This document shows positions 47,221 to 58,261 of a stretch of 64,000 nucleotides of DNA, one piece after another. Both the position numbers and the translations under genes were made by a program. Numbering within the stretch: the stretch's first letter is position 1; every line of letters begins with the position of its first letter. The notes beneath the pieces are model-generated. The model saw only the letters and a program-made list of their open reading frames with translations, did no database searches and was not told where the DNA came from. Origin of the DNA: Eledone cirrhosa (taxonomy: Eukaryota). The stretch lies in NCBI GenBank assembly GCA_964016885.1, contig OZ024740.1, positions 30,566,001 through 30,630,000 of the forward strand, read 5' to 3'.

Positions 47221-50200
47221 ATACATTATCACAATAGTGTGTTGACTACTATATACATTATCACAATAGTATGTTGACTACTATAGACATTATCATAATA
47301 ATGTTGTTGACTACTATAGACATTATCACAATAGTGTTGTTGACTACAATAGACATTATCATAATAGTGTGTTGACTACTATAGACCCTGTCACAATAAT
47401 GTTTTGACTACTATAGACATTATCACAATAGTGTCTTGACTAATATAGACATTATCACAATAATGTTTTGACTACTATAGACATTATCAGAATAGTGTTG
47501 TTGACTACTATAGACATTATCACAATAGTGTTGTTGACTACTATAGATATTATCACAATAGTGTGTTGACTACTATAGACATTATCACAATAGTGTTGTT
47601 GACTACTATAGACATTATCATCATAGTGTTGTTGACTACTATAGACATTATCGCAATAATGTATTGACTGCTATAGACGTTATCACAATAGTGTGTTGAC
47701 TAATATAGAAATGATCACAATAGTGTGTTGACTGCTATAGATATTATCATAATAGTGTTGTTGACTACTATAGACATTATCACAATAGTGTGTTGACTGC
47801 TATAGATATTATCACACTAGTGTTGTTGACTACTATAGACATTATCGCAATAGTGTGTTGACTAATATAGACATTATGACCATAGTGTGTTTACTACTAT
47901 AGACATTATCATAATAATGTTGTTGTCTGCTATAGCCATTATCACAATAGTGTGTTGACTACTATAAACATTATCACAATAGTGTGTTGACTACTATAGA
48001 CATTATCACAATAGTGTTGTTGACTACTATAGACATTATCACAATAGTGTTGTTGACTACTATAGACATTATCACAGTAGTGTTGTTGACTACTATAGAC
48101 ATTATCACAATAGTGTTGTTGACTACTATAGACATTATCACAATAGTGTTGTTGACTACTATAGACATTATCACAATAATGTGTTGACTGCTATAGATAT
48201 TATCACAATAGTGTTGTTGACTACTATAGACATTATCACAATAGTGTGTTGACTACTATAGACCCTGTTACAATAGTGCTGTTGACTACTATAGACATTA
48301 TCACAATAACGTTTTGACTACTATAGACATTATCACAATAGTGTTGTTGACTACTATAGACATTATAAAAATAGTATTGTTGACTACTATAGATATTATC
48401 ACAATAGTGTGTTGACTACTATAGACATTATAACAACAATGTTGTTGACTACTATAGATATTATCACAATAATGTTGTTGACTACTATAGACATTATCAT
48501 GATAATGTTGTTGACTGCTACAGACATTATCACAATAGTGTGTTGACTACTATAGACATTATCACAATAGTGTGTTGACTACTATAGACATTATCACAAT
48601 AGAGTTGTTGACTACTATAGACATTATCACAATAGTGTGTTGACTACTATAGACATTATCATAATAATGTTGTTGACTGCTATAGACATTATCATGATAG
48701 TGTGTTGATGACTATAGACATTATCACCATAGTGTGTTGACTACTATAGAAATCATCACAAAAGTGGTGTTGACTACTATAGACATTATCACGATAGTGT
48801 TGTTGACTACTATAGACATTATCGCAATAATGTGTTGACTAATATAGACATTATCACAATAATGTGTTGACTACTATAGACATTATCACAATAATGTTGT
48901 TGACTACTATATACATTATCATAATAATGTTGTTGACTGCTATAGACATTATCACAATAGTGTGTTGACTACTATAGACATTATAACAATAATGTTTTTG
49001 ACTACTATAGATATTATGACAATAATGTTGTTGACTACTATAGACATTATCATAATAATGTTGTTGACTGCTATAGACATTATCACAATAGTGTGTTGAC
49101 TACTATAGACATTATCACAATAGTGTGTTGACTACTATAGACTTTATCACAATAGTGTTGTTGACTACTAAAGACATTATCACAATAGTGTTGTTGACTA
49201 CTATAGACATTATCACAATAGTGTGTTGACTGCTATAGATATTATCACAATAGTGTTGTTGACTACTATATACATTATCACAATAGTGTGTTGACTACTA
49301 TATACATTATCACAATAGTATGTTGACTACTATAGACATTATCATAATAATGTTGTTGACTACTATAGACATTATCACAATAGTGTTGTTGACTACAATA
49401 GACATTATCATAATAGTGTGTTGACTACTATAGAACCTGTCACAATAATGTTTTGACTACTATAGACATTATCACAATAGTGTGTTGACTAATATAGACA
49501 TTATCACAATAATGTTTTGACTACTATAGACATTATCAGAATAGTGTTGTTGACTACTATAGACATTATCACAATAGTGTTGTTGACTACTATAGATATT
49601 ATCACAATAGTGTGTTGACTACTATAGACATTATCACAATAGTGTTGTTGACTACTATAGACATTATCACCATAGTGTTGTTGACTACTATAGACATTAT
49701 CGCAATAATGTATTGACTGCTATAGACGTTATCACAATAGTGTGTTGACTAATATAGAAATGATCACAATAGTGTGTTGACTGCTATAGATATTATCATA
49801 ATAGTGTTGTTGACTACTATAGACATTATCACAATAGTGTGTTGACTGCTATAGATATTATCACACTAGTGTTGTTGACTACTATAGACATTATCACAAT
49901 AGTGTGTTGACTACTATAGACATTATCGCAATAGTGTGTTGACTACTATAGACATTATCGCAATAGTGTGTTGACTAATATAGACATTATCACAATAGTG
50001 TTGTTGACTACTATAGACATTATCACAATAGTGTGTTGACTACTATAGACATTATCACAATAGTGTTGTTGACTACTATAGACATTATCGCAATAGTGTG
50101 TTGACTAATATAGACATTATGACCATAGTGTGTTTACTACTATAGACATTATCATAATAATGTTGTTGTCTGCTATAGCCATTATCACAATAGTGTGTTG

Positions 50201-51963
50201 ACTACTATAAACATTATCACAATAGTGTGTTGACTACTATAGACATTATCACAATAGTGTTCTTGACTACTATAGACATTATCACAATAGTGTTGTTGAC
50301 TACTATAGACATTATCACAGTAGTGTTGTTGACTACTATAGACATTATCACAATAGTGTTGTTGACTACTATAGACATTATCACAATAATGTGTTGACTG
50401 CTATAGATATTATCACAATAGTGTTGTTGACTACTATAGACATTATCACAATAGTGTGTTGACTACTATAGACCCTGTTACAATAGTGCTGTTGACTACT
50501 ATAGACATTATCACAATAACGTTTTGACTACTATAGACATTATCACAATAGTGTTGTTGACTACTATAGACATTATAAAAATAGTATTGTTGACTACTAT
50601 AGATATTATCACAATAGTGTGTTGACTACTATAGACATTATAACAACAATGTTGTTGACTACTATAGATATTATCACAATAATGTTGTTGACTACTATAG
50701 ACATTATCATGATAATGTTGTTGACTGCTACAGACATTATCACAATAGTGTGTTGACTACTATAGACATTATCACAATAGTGTGTTGACTACTATAGACA
50801 TTATCACAATAGAGTTGTTGACTACTATAGACATTATCACAATAGTGTTGTTGAATACTATAGACATTATCACAATAGTGTGTTGACTACTATAGACATT
50901 ATAACAATAATGTTTTTGACTACTATAGACATTATGACAATAATGTTGTTGACTACTATAGACATTATCATAATAATGTTGTTGACTGCTATAGACATTA
51001 TCACAATAGTGTGTTGACTACTATAGACATTATCACAATAGTGAGTTGACTACTATAGAGATTATCATAATAATGTTGTTGACTACTATAGACATTATCA
51101 CAATAGTGTGTTGACTACTATAGACATTATCATAATAATGTTGTTGACTGCTATAGACATTATCATGATAGTGTGTTGATGACTATAGACATTATCACCA
51201 TAGTGTGTTGACTACTATAGAAATCATCACAAAAGTGGTGTTGACTACTATAGACATTATCACGATCGTGTTGTTGACTACTATAGACATTATCGCAATA
51301 ATGTGTTGACTAATATAGACATTATCACAATAATGTGTTGACTACTATAGACATTATCACAATAATGTTGTTGACTACTATATACATTATCATAATAATG
51401 TTGTTGACTGCTATAGACATTATCACAATAGTGTGTTGACTACTATAGACATTATAACAATAATGTTTTTGACTACTATAGATATTATGACAATAATGTT
51501 GTTGACTACTATAGACATTATCATAATAATGTTGTTGACTGCTATAGACATTATCACAATAGTGTGTTGACTACTATAGACATTATCACAATAGTGTGTT
51601 GACTACTATAGACATTATCACAATAGTGTTGTTGACTACTAAAGACATTATCACAATAGTGTTGTTGACTACTATAGACATTATCACAATAGTGTGTTGA
51701 CTGCTATAGATATTATCACAATAGTGTTGTTGACTACTATATACATTATCACAATAGTGTGTTGACTACTATATACATTATCACAATAGTGTGTTGACTA
51801 CTATAGACATTATCATAATAATGTTGTTGACTACTATAGACATTATCACAATAGTGTTGTTGACTACAATAGACATTATCATAATAGTGTGTTGACTACT
51901 ATAGACACTGTCACAATAATGTTTTGACTACTATAGACATTATCACAATAGTGTTGTTGACTA

Positions 51964-52080
51964 TCTGTATATATATATATATATATATAAATATCCAAGA
52001 TAATACGTCATTATGTGGAGCAAAGAGAACAATTATACGCAAAGACAAAACCACGTAAATGGTATAACTGAAGCCGTAGA
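51964..52080. repeat. Satellite-interrupting cassette copy 7
   Basis: Same cassette with end variant GAAGCCGTAGA. Confidence 0.9.
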
Positions 52081-53411
52081 CTATAGACATTATCAGCATA
52101 GTGTGTTGACTACTATAGACATTATCACCATAGTGTGTTGACTACTATAGAGATTATCATAATAATGTTGTTGACTACTATAGACATTATCACAATAGTG
52201 TGTTGACTACTATAGACATTATTACCATAGTGTGTTGACTACTATAGACATTATCACAAAAGTGTTGTTGACTACTATAGACATTATCACAATAGTGTTG
52301 TTGAGTACTATAGACATTATCGCAATAATGTGTTGACTAATATAGACATTATTACAATAATGTTGTTGACTACTATAGACATTATCACAATAGTGTTGTT
52401 GAATACTATAGACATTATCACAATTGTGTTGTTGACTACTATAGACATTATCACAATAGTGTGTTGACTGCTATAGATATTATCACAATAGTGTTGTTGA
52501 CTACTATAGACATTATCACAATAGTGTGTTGACTACTGTAGACATTATCACAATAGTGTGTTGACAACTATAGACATGATCATAATAATGTTGTTGACTA
52601 CTATAGACATTATCACAATAGTGTGTTGACTACTATAGACATTATCACAATAGTGTGTTGACTACTATAGATATTATCACAATAGTGTTGTTGACTACTA
52701 TAGACATTATCACAATAGTGTGTTGACTACTATAGACATTATCACCATAGTGTGTTGACTACTATAGACATTATCACAATAGTGTGTTGACTGCTATAGA
52801 TATTATCACAATAGTGTTGTTGACTACTATAGACATTATCACAATAGTGTGTTGACTACTATAGACATGATCATAATAATGCTGTTGACTACTATAGACA
52901 TTATCACAATAGTGTGTTGACTACTATAGACATTATCACAATAGTGTGTTGACTACTATAGACATTATCACAATAGTGTGTTGACTACTATAGACATTAT
53001 CACAATAGTGTGTTGACTACTATAGACATTATCACCATAGCGTGTTGACTACTATAGACATTATCAGAATAGTGTTGTTGACTACTATAGACATTATCAC
53101 GATAGTGTTGTTGACTACTATAGACATTATCACAATAGTGTGTTGACTACTATAGACATTATCACAATAATGTTGTTGACTACTATAGACATTATCACAA
53201 TAGTGTTGTTGACTACTATAGATATTATCATAATAGTGTTGTTGACTACTATAGACATCATCACAATAGTGTTGTTGACTACTATAGACATTATCACAAT
53301 AGTGTTTTTGAGTACAATAGACATCATCACAATAGTGCTGTTGACTACTATAGACATTATCACAATAGATGTTGACTACTCTAGACATTACCACAATAGT
53401 GTTGTTGACTA

Positions 53412-53440
53412 TCTGTATATGGTATAACTGAAGCCGTAGA
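53412..53440. repeat. Internally deleted cassette copy 8, forming the right boundary of the satellite
   Basis: TCTGTATA joined to TGGTATAACTGAAGCCGTAGA, followed directly by non-satellite DNA. Confidence 0.85.
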
Positions 53441-53519
53441 TTAAAATTATATTTAGGAAACCGAATGATTCTCGGCTTCATTCTTAAGAATAAAGTAAAT
53501 AAAATACAGAGGTAATTGA

Positions 53520-54075
53520 AATTAAATAAATACATACAGGCATCCATATACGTGCATACACAAGCATACGCGAAAACACTCGCCAAGGGTTTACAAATAC
53601 AAGCACGTACAAAAAAAATACAAAAGAAAAAAACACGCACGCACGCACATACAGGACCCATGCAACACCTGTACCCGCACACATACGAACGTAATACCAT
53701 ATACACATAAAAATATATATAAAAACATATATACATATATGTGTGTGTGTGTGTGTGCGTGTATACATAATTAAATAAACGTATATAAATATACACACAT
53801 AAATACGTATATAACGCGTGTACACACACACACCTACATGTAAATACACATATGTTCGCAGACTACGTCAACCAAAACACAAAGTACACATATACACACA
53901 CCCTGCATACATACGAACCGGCATACTCACACAGGTGCAAAACTCACGTATACTCATAACAAAATGCACATGTACCAGTACATATAATATATACGCCAAT
54001 AACATATACAAGCAAATATCCGTACGAGAAAGTATACGTACCTTCACAAAACATACAGGTAATATATACTTATAA
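53520..54075. repeat. Low-complexity, degenerate CA/TA/TG microsatellite-rich region
   Basis: ACAC, ATAC and GTGT runs; ORFs here are Y/T/H/I/V/C-biased artefacts. Confidence 0.7.
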
Positions 54076-54156
54076 GTAATGGTATTAACATAACATATGC
54101 TTAGCTACCACATCAACACGTAAATTATCCGCGTATAAATCGTACTATCCGTTAGG

Positions 54157-55160
54157 TTATAATGTGGGGCTGTAATACAGGAAAGTTCTGTGCAATTTAT
54201 GTTTACAAGCCGAAATTGCCTCAGATTTTTTGTTTAAGATGTGGTCTTTGGCGAAGAGTATTTCCAGGGCCTCAGCGGCGCAGAGGTCACATGGTCTTTT
54301 ATTTCCGTTATACGATCTAGCTTCAGCTATGATCTCCCAGTGTAACTTATATTGGGTGTGGTTGTCTTTTAGACTCCAGATATAAGCTGAAAGTGACGTC
54401 ATATTCCTTCTTAAAGGGTTAAGAAAAGAATGTGTATACATGTAAAGACGCTGCTTGAACCTATTGGCGGTTAACCCTATGTAGGCCCTACGGGACGTGG
54501 GTGTTTCAACCTTACATTTGTAGACAATGTTACTAGAGAGGCATTTCCCGGATAGGGGTCAGACAACCAGATTCCTACAATTACAGTTAGTACTAGCTAC
54601 AGGGTTGCACGTGTTCCTACGGCTAGGTAATTTAGCTAAATTTGAAGCTGTGATGTTATGTTTAGGTGTCGTAGAGTAAGAAATTTTAATGGTATTTCTA
54701 TTAAAAATTTTACTATATTTATGTGCTGGGGGAAATGCTTCATAATAAGGGAGAGAAAGATCTTGGCTAATGATGTGGCCACCTCCATATTATATGGTGG
54801 GTTATACCATATAATGCGTCGGGATATATTTTTCCTAGGTCTATTCTCGTACTCTGTATAAGCTACCTTAGCGACAAATCCACTCCGAGCAAGAGCTTCA
54901 TTGAAATATGTGGAATGGTCGTTGAAAATATGCCCATTTGTAGATAGACGGGAAAGCCTCAAAGAAACGTTTCTTACCAGGTTCTTGGTTATGCTGGCAG
55001 GATGGTTAGAATGTTTACTTATGTAATTAAGCGTATCATTCGGCTTTCTATACGAGTAGTGCAAGCCATTCGACAAATCGAGGGTAACGCCGGAGAGGTT
55101 GGCCTCAACCTGTATGGACAGGTTGAAGCCTTTAAAGAAGGCTGTGAGTTCTTTTATCAC
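54157..55160 (-). mobile_element. 5'-truncated Penelope-like retroelement, Naiad-type: RT C-terminal/thumb, CxCx5C linker and GIY-YIG endonuclease; one frameshift near 54730 and one in-frame TGA at 54559-54561
   Basis: Translation gives VTLDLS..YRKPN..YISKHSNHP..RLSRLS..AL.RSGF..RRIIWYNPPY..KHFP, then after the frameshift KIFNRNTIKISYS..CNCRNLVV*PLSGKC..NIVYKC..YIGLT..FKQR..LSAYIW.LK..WEII..CDLCAAE..LNKKSEAISACKH. These motifs match Naiad-clade PLEs as I recall them. No YxDD is present. Confidence 0.88.
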
Positions 55161-55242
55161 AGATTGACTTTTTTAGTTTCAGAAGATCCGGTGAAAGCAG
55201 CGATTCTTTGCCTAAACTTTAATCTGTTATTTTAATAAATAA

Positions 55243-55246
<4 letters not shown>

Positions 55247-55285
<39 letters not shown>
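55247..55285. repeat. (TA)n microsatellite
   Basis: Direct reading. Confidence 0.95.
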
Positions 55286-55286
<1 letters not shown>

Positions 55287-55475
55287 CGAAGGAAATGTGT
55301 TAAGGAACCAGGTGGACCATAACGCACCAAAGTACTCAATACTTAGGGTAGTAGAAGAGTGGGTAATAGGAACGAGTAGGACCCCGACGGCTGAGCTCTA
55401 GCCGTTTCGACTTTCATTTAGTCCAGAATTAGCCGTCGAAACGTTTTGAGCTCAGCCGTCAGGGTCCTACTCGTT

Positions 55476-55480
<5 letters not shown>
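55286..55480 (-). mobile_element. Short PLE pLTR-like fragment with a 46-bp inverted duplication, embedded in (TA)n
   Basis: Arms 55366-55411 and 55435-55480 match at 42/46. The minus strand reads GACT-aaatgaa-AGTC GAAAC GGCT-agagctc-AGCC GTC (hammerhead stems II and III plus GUC). (TA)n lies on both sides. Confidence 0.55.

Positions 55481-55558
<78 letters not shown>
55479..55558. repeat. (TA)n microsatellite
   Basis: Direct reading. Confidence 0.95.
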
Positions 55559-55564
<6 letters not shown>

Positions 55565-55571
55565 ATCATAA

Positions 55572-56459
55572 TCTATAAAGCTCAGTGTGTGGTCAAGCTC
55601 CTTCGTTATAGAAATCTACGATATAGAATTTCTTCAATTGAAATTTACAATTCAGTATTCGAAATAGTTTCGATTGCGTCTTGACGCAGATAATTTTTTC
55701 AATTTCACCCACAATTACGCAAAAAATAAGTAAAACTCAATATTTTACGATTTTCCTCTGTCATTTAAACTGCTAAACTCTTTCTACTACCATTCAAAAT
55801 CTATACAACTTCATACTTTCTGCTACTTTCTCTTTCCAAGCTTGATGGTGATACTGTCCGTTCACACCACTCCCTACTGTATTAAATTTAGAAAACACAT
55901 ATCCTCTATGAGGTTACTAAACCTGCTAGAAACAGCAGCTAACTCTCCCCCATATCACACCCCTCCCTACTGTCTTAAATTTAGAAAACATATCCTCTAT
56001 GAGGTCACTAAACCTGCTAGAAACAGCAGCTAACTCTCCCCCATATCACACCACTCCCTACTGTCTTAAATTTAGAAAACACATATGCTCTATGAGGTCA
56101 CTAAACCTGCTAGAAACAACAGCTATCTCTCCCTCATATCACAACCCTCCCTACTGTCTTAAATTTAGAAAACACACAGACAATCATGCAGAACAACTCC
56201 ATCGCAGCTCTGTTGTTCGGCTGGCATCGTCTACGCGCGTGTTGCGCAAGTACTGTGAAACAATAAATTTCAACACTTTTTTGCACAGAGATAATATCCA
56301 TAGGCGAAACTACAATTGTCACTGCTGGCGCAGCTCCTGCTTCCAGGTCTGCAATTCATTCACCCAGTGCCTGGCAGACAAAAAAGTGGTGCCATAAAAT
56401 GGGTGGTGCAACCTAACTTTGGTAACTTAATGACCCCGAGCAACGCCGGGCTTTAATGC

Positions 56460-56462
<3 letters not shown>
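55572..56462 (+). mobile_element. Non-autonomous Helitron-like element
   Basis: Candidate 5' end A|TCTATAAAG. Subterminal GC-rich hairpin CCCGAGCAACGCCGGG (56435-56450) followed 8 nt later by CTAC|T (canonical CTRR|T with one mismatch). No coding capacity. Confidence 0.6.
55863..56177. repeat. Tandem repeat, ~93-bp unit, ~3.4 copies, inside the Helitron-like element
   Basis: Unit starts (CACACC.CTCCCTACTGT) at 55863, 55956, 56047 and 56140. Confidence 0.93.
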
Positions 56463-56539
<77 letters not shown>

Positions 56540-56592
56540 CAGATATATATATAATAATAATATATATATATATAATATGTATATATATATAT
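56463..56592. repeat. (TA)n microsatellite and degenerate TA-rich tract
   Basis: Direct reading. Confidence 0.9.
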
Positions 56593-56638
56593 ATTAATTC
56601 AAAATATTAACAAAAATAGACATTCGTGTGATCAAGTA

Positions 56639-56705
56639 TATTTTATTATACATATTTCAGAGGTACTGAGCTATCTTCAACAGTACGTCCTCATCAGATA
56701 AAATA
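56639..56705 (-). ncRNA. Type I hammerhead ribozyme motif (PLE/retrozyme style, minimal stem III)
   Basis: Minus strand: TATTTTAT-CTGATGA-GGACGTACTG-ttgaagatagct-CAGTACCTCT-GAAA-TATGTA-TA-ATAAAATA. Full core, 8-bp stem I, stem II paired at 9 of 10 positions, AUA cleavage triplet. Confidence 0.8.
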
Positions 56706-57576
56706 AGATGATGCATGACATACCCTGACTTAGTAGATGGTTAAGATTTAGTCATGGTAGTGAATAAGATATGACAAAACTCAATATTTATATACCTTAA
56801 GATTGAGACATGAAAAGATTTACATATAATACAGAGGATGCGTATGAGAAAGTTTAAAAATACATAATAGCAATTTACATAACTGTTAGAGATTCAAATA
56901 ATTTAAATTATTGAAGAAAGAAGAAAGAAGAAAGACAGAGAGAAACAGATGTGGAAAAAATATAGTTACTAGAAGTATAGAAAGCAAAAGAGAATTGATC
57001 AAGGATAGAGAGACAAGGAGGAATAATTTTTATAGTGTAAAGCATAGGGAGGGAGATTTGTATTGTCGTGGATGAATAGGCTGTGATTAGATGATGCAAA
57101 AATATATATATCTATATAAATACATGAATATATATTTGGGCATAGCTTTGTGAAAGAGTAAACTCGAATCTTCGAATTATCTAGAAGTATCCATCAATCT
57201 AAATATTAAATATATCTGGGTGTAATTATATGAGGGTTTAATTTCGAGTCCTTAGTTAATTAGAAATATACTAACAATTAATTATATATACTATATATAT
57301 CCAAACGTATCCGGCTGACCGTTAAATTTCGAATCATTTATGTTAGTTCAGAATAATGAATTAATCTAAAGGTGTACTATTTCAGGCTATAAAAGTTTAT
57401 ATATATCTATATTGATATTAAAGTATACTAACATATTTAATTTATAAAATCATATTTAAAGTATTTGCAAACATGATAAGGAAGAGACTTAGTATTTTCA
57501 TCCACACAAAGGTAATCCATATTAAATTATATTATCTTATATTATATTAAAAAAAAATTTTTTTTTTAATATTAAA

Positions 57577-57681
57577 ATAATTGTTTTTACTTTAGGCACA
57601 AGGCCAGCAATTACCCAGTGCATTACTGGTACTTTATTTTATCGACCCCGTAAGGATGAAAGGCAAAGTCAACCTCGGCGG
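57577..57681 (-). mobile_element. SINE fragment, same family as 8941-9040
   Basis: GGCACAAGGCCAGCAATT...ACTGGTACTTTATTTTATCGACCCCGTAAGGATGAAAGGCAAAGTCAACCTCGGCGG. It is absent from the paralogous segment at 58141-58260. Confidence 0.8.
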
Positions 57682-58261
57682 GATAATAATTCTCATTATA
57701 TAATTTAGAACATAATTACAGTTATAACTTTAAAAATTTTAAATTAACAATTAGAATGCCATAAAGTATCTAAAGGCCTTATAATTAAACTTAAAAAAGA
57801 GTATTATTAAATTAGATATACGCATTTGTCTAAATATATACAAAGAGTATATTGTCTAAAGTTCAAGACGATATTAGTCAGTTATACACAATATAATATA
57901 CTATAATAAATAAGTTACTGTTAATATTGTTAAAATTAAGGTTTTAGATCAATTATTATATTAGGATCATGTAATACATATATACTATAAATATACAAAT
58001 CCAACTTCATGAATCATAAGGATAAGAACCAGATTCAAAATAAATAAGTAAATTGTTTGCGATCCTATAAGTGCCAAATATCTAAGCTATATAATTTAAA
58101 AATACAAGAAAAATTTTAAAGATCTATATTGTAGTATAATATCATAATTAAAGTGTCTGCAAACATGAGAAAGAGAAAACTTAAGATTTTCATCGACCCG
58201 AAGGTAACCCGAATTTAATTAAATTAAAAAAATAATAATCGTTATATAATTTAGAAAATAT

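Larger units (their letters stand above)
1..53411. repeat. Tandem satellite array of intermixed 33-bp and 32-bp monomers (consensus GACTACTATAGACATTATCACAATAGTGT[T]GTT), roughly 1600 monomers, open at the left edge
   Basis: Monomer is read directly throughout the region. Runs of 33-mers give the 11-aa periodic ORFs (LLTTIDIITIV / IVIMSIVVNNT) and each 32-mer shifts the frame. Monomer count is length divided by ~32.6. Confidence 0.98.

Noticed and set aside
1-53411. CRISPR-like array (32-33 bp repeats with dyad symmetry)
   Set aside because: Monomers are directly adjacent with no unique spacers, there are no cas genes, and the context is eukaryotic transposons.
1541-53427. Dozens of ORFs with LLTTIDIITIV / IVIMSIVVNNT / VDYYRHYHNSV repeats
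   Set aside because: These are translations of the 33-bp monomer, broken whenever a 32-mer occurs. There is no sign of frame maintenance.
53032-54075. 265-aa, 121-aa and neighbouring ORFs across the satellite boundary
   Set aside because: Made of satellite and CA/TG low-complexity translation with no recognisable domain.
53900-54156. SECIS candidates downstream of the Naiad ORF on the minus strand (GTGAAG-GTACG...CGTAC-GGAT and ATGAG-TATACGTG...CACCTGTG-TGAG)
   Set aside because: Helices are too short (5-8 bp) and lack the apical AA at the canonical distance. They need SECISearch3 but are not supportable by eye.
56908-57099. 63-aa minus-strand ORF upstream of the hammerhead as a PLE endonuclease C-terminus
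   Set aside because: No recognisable GIY-YIG motifs in the frames I read; pyrimidine-rich low complexity.
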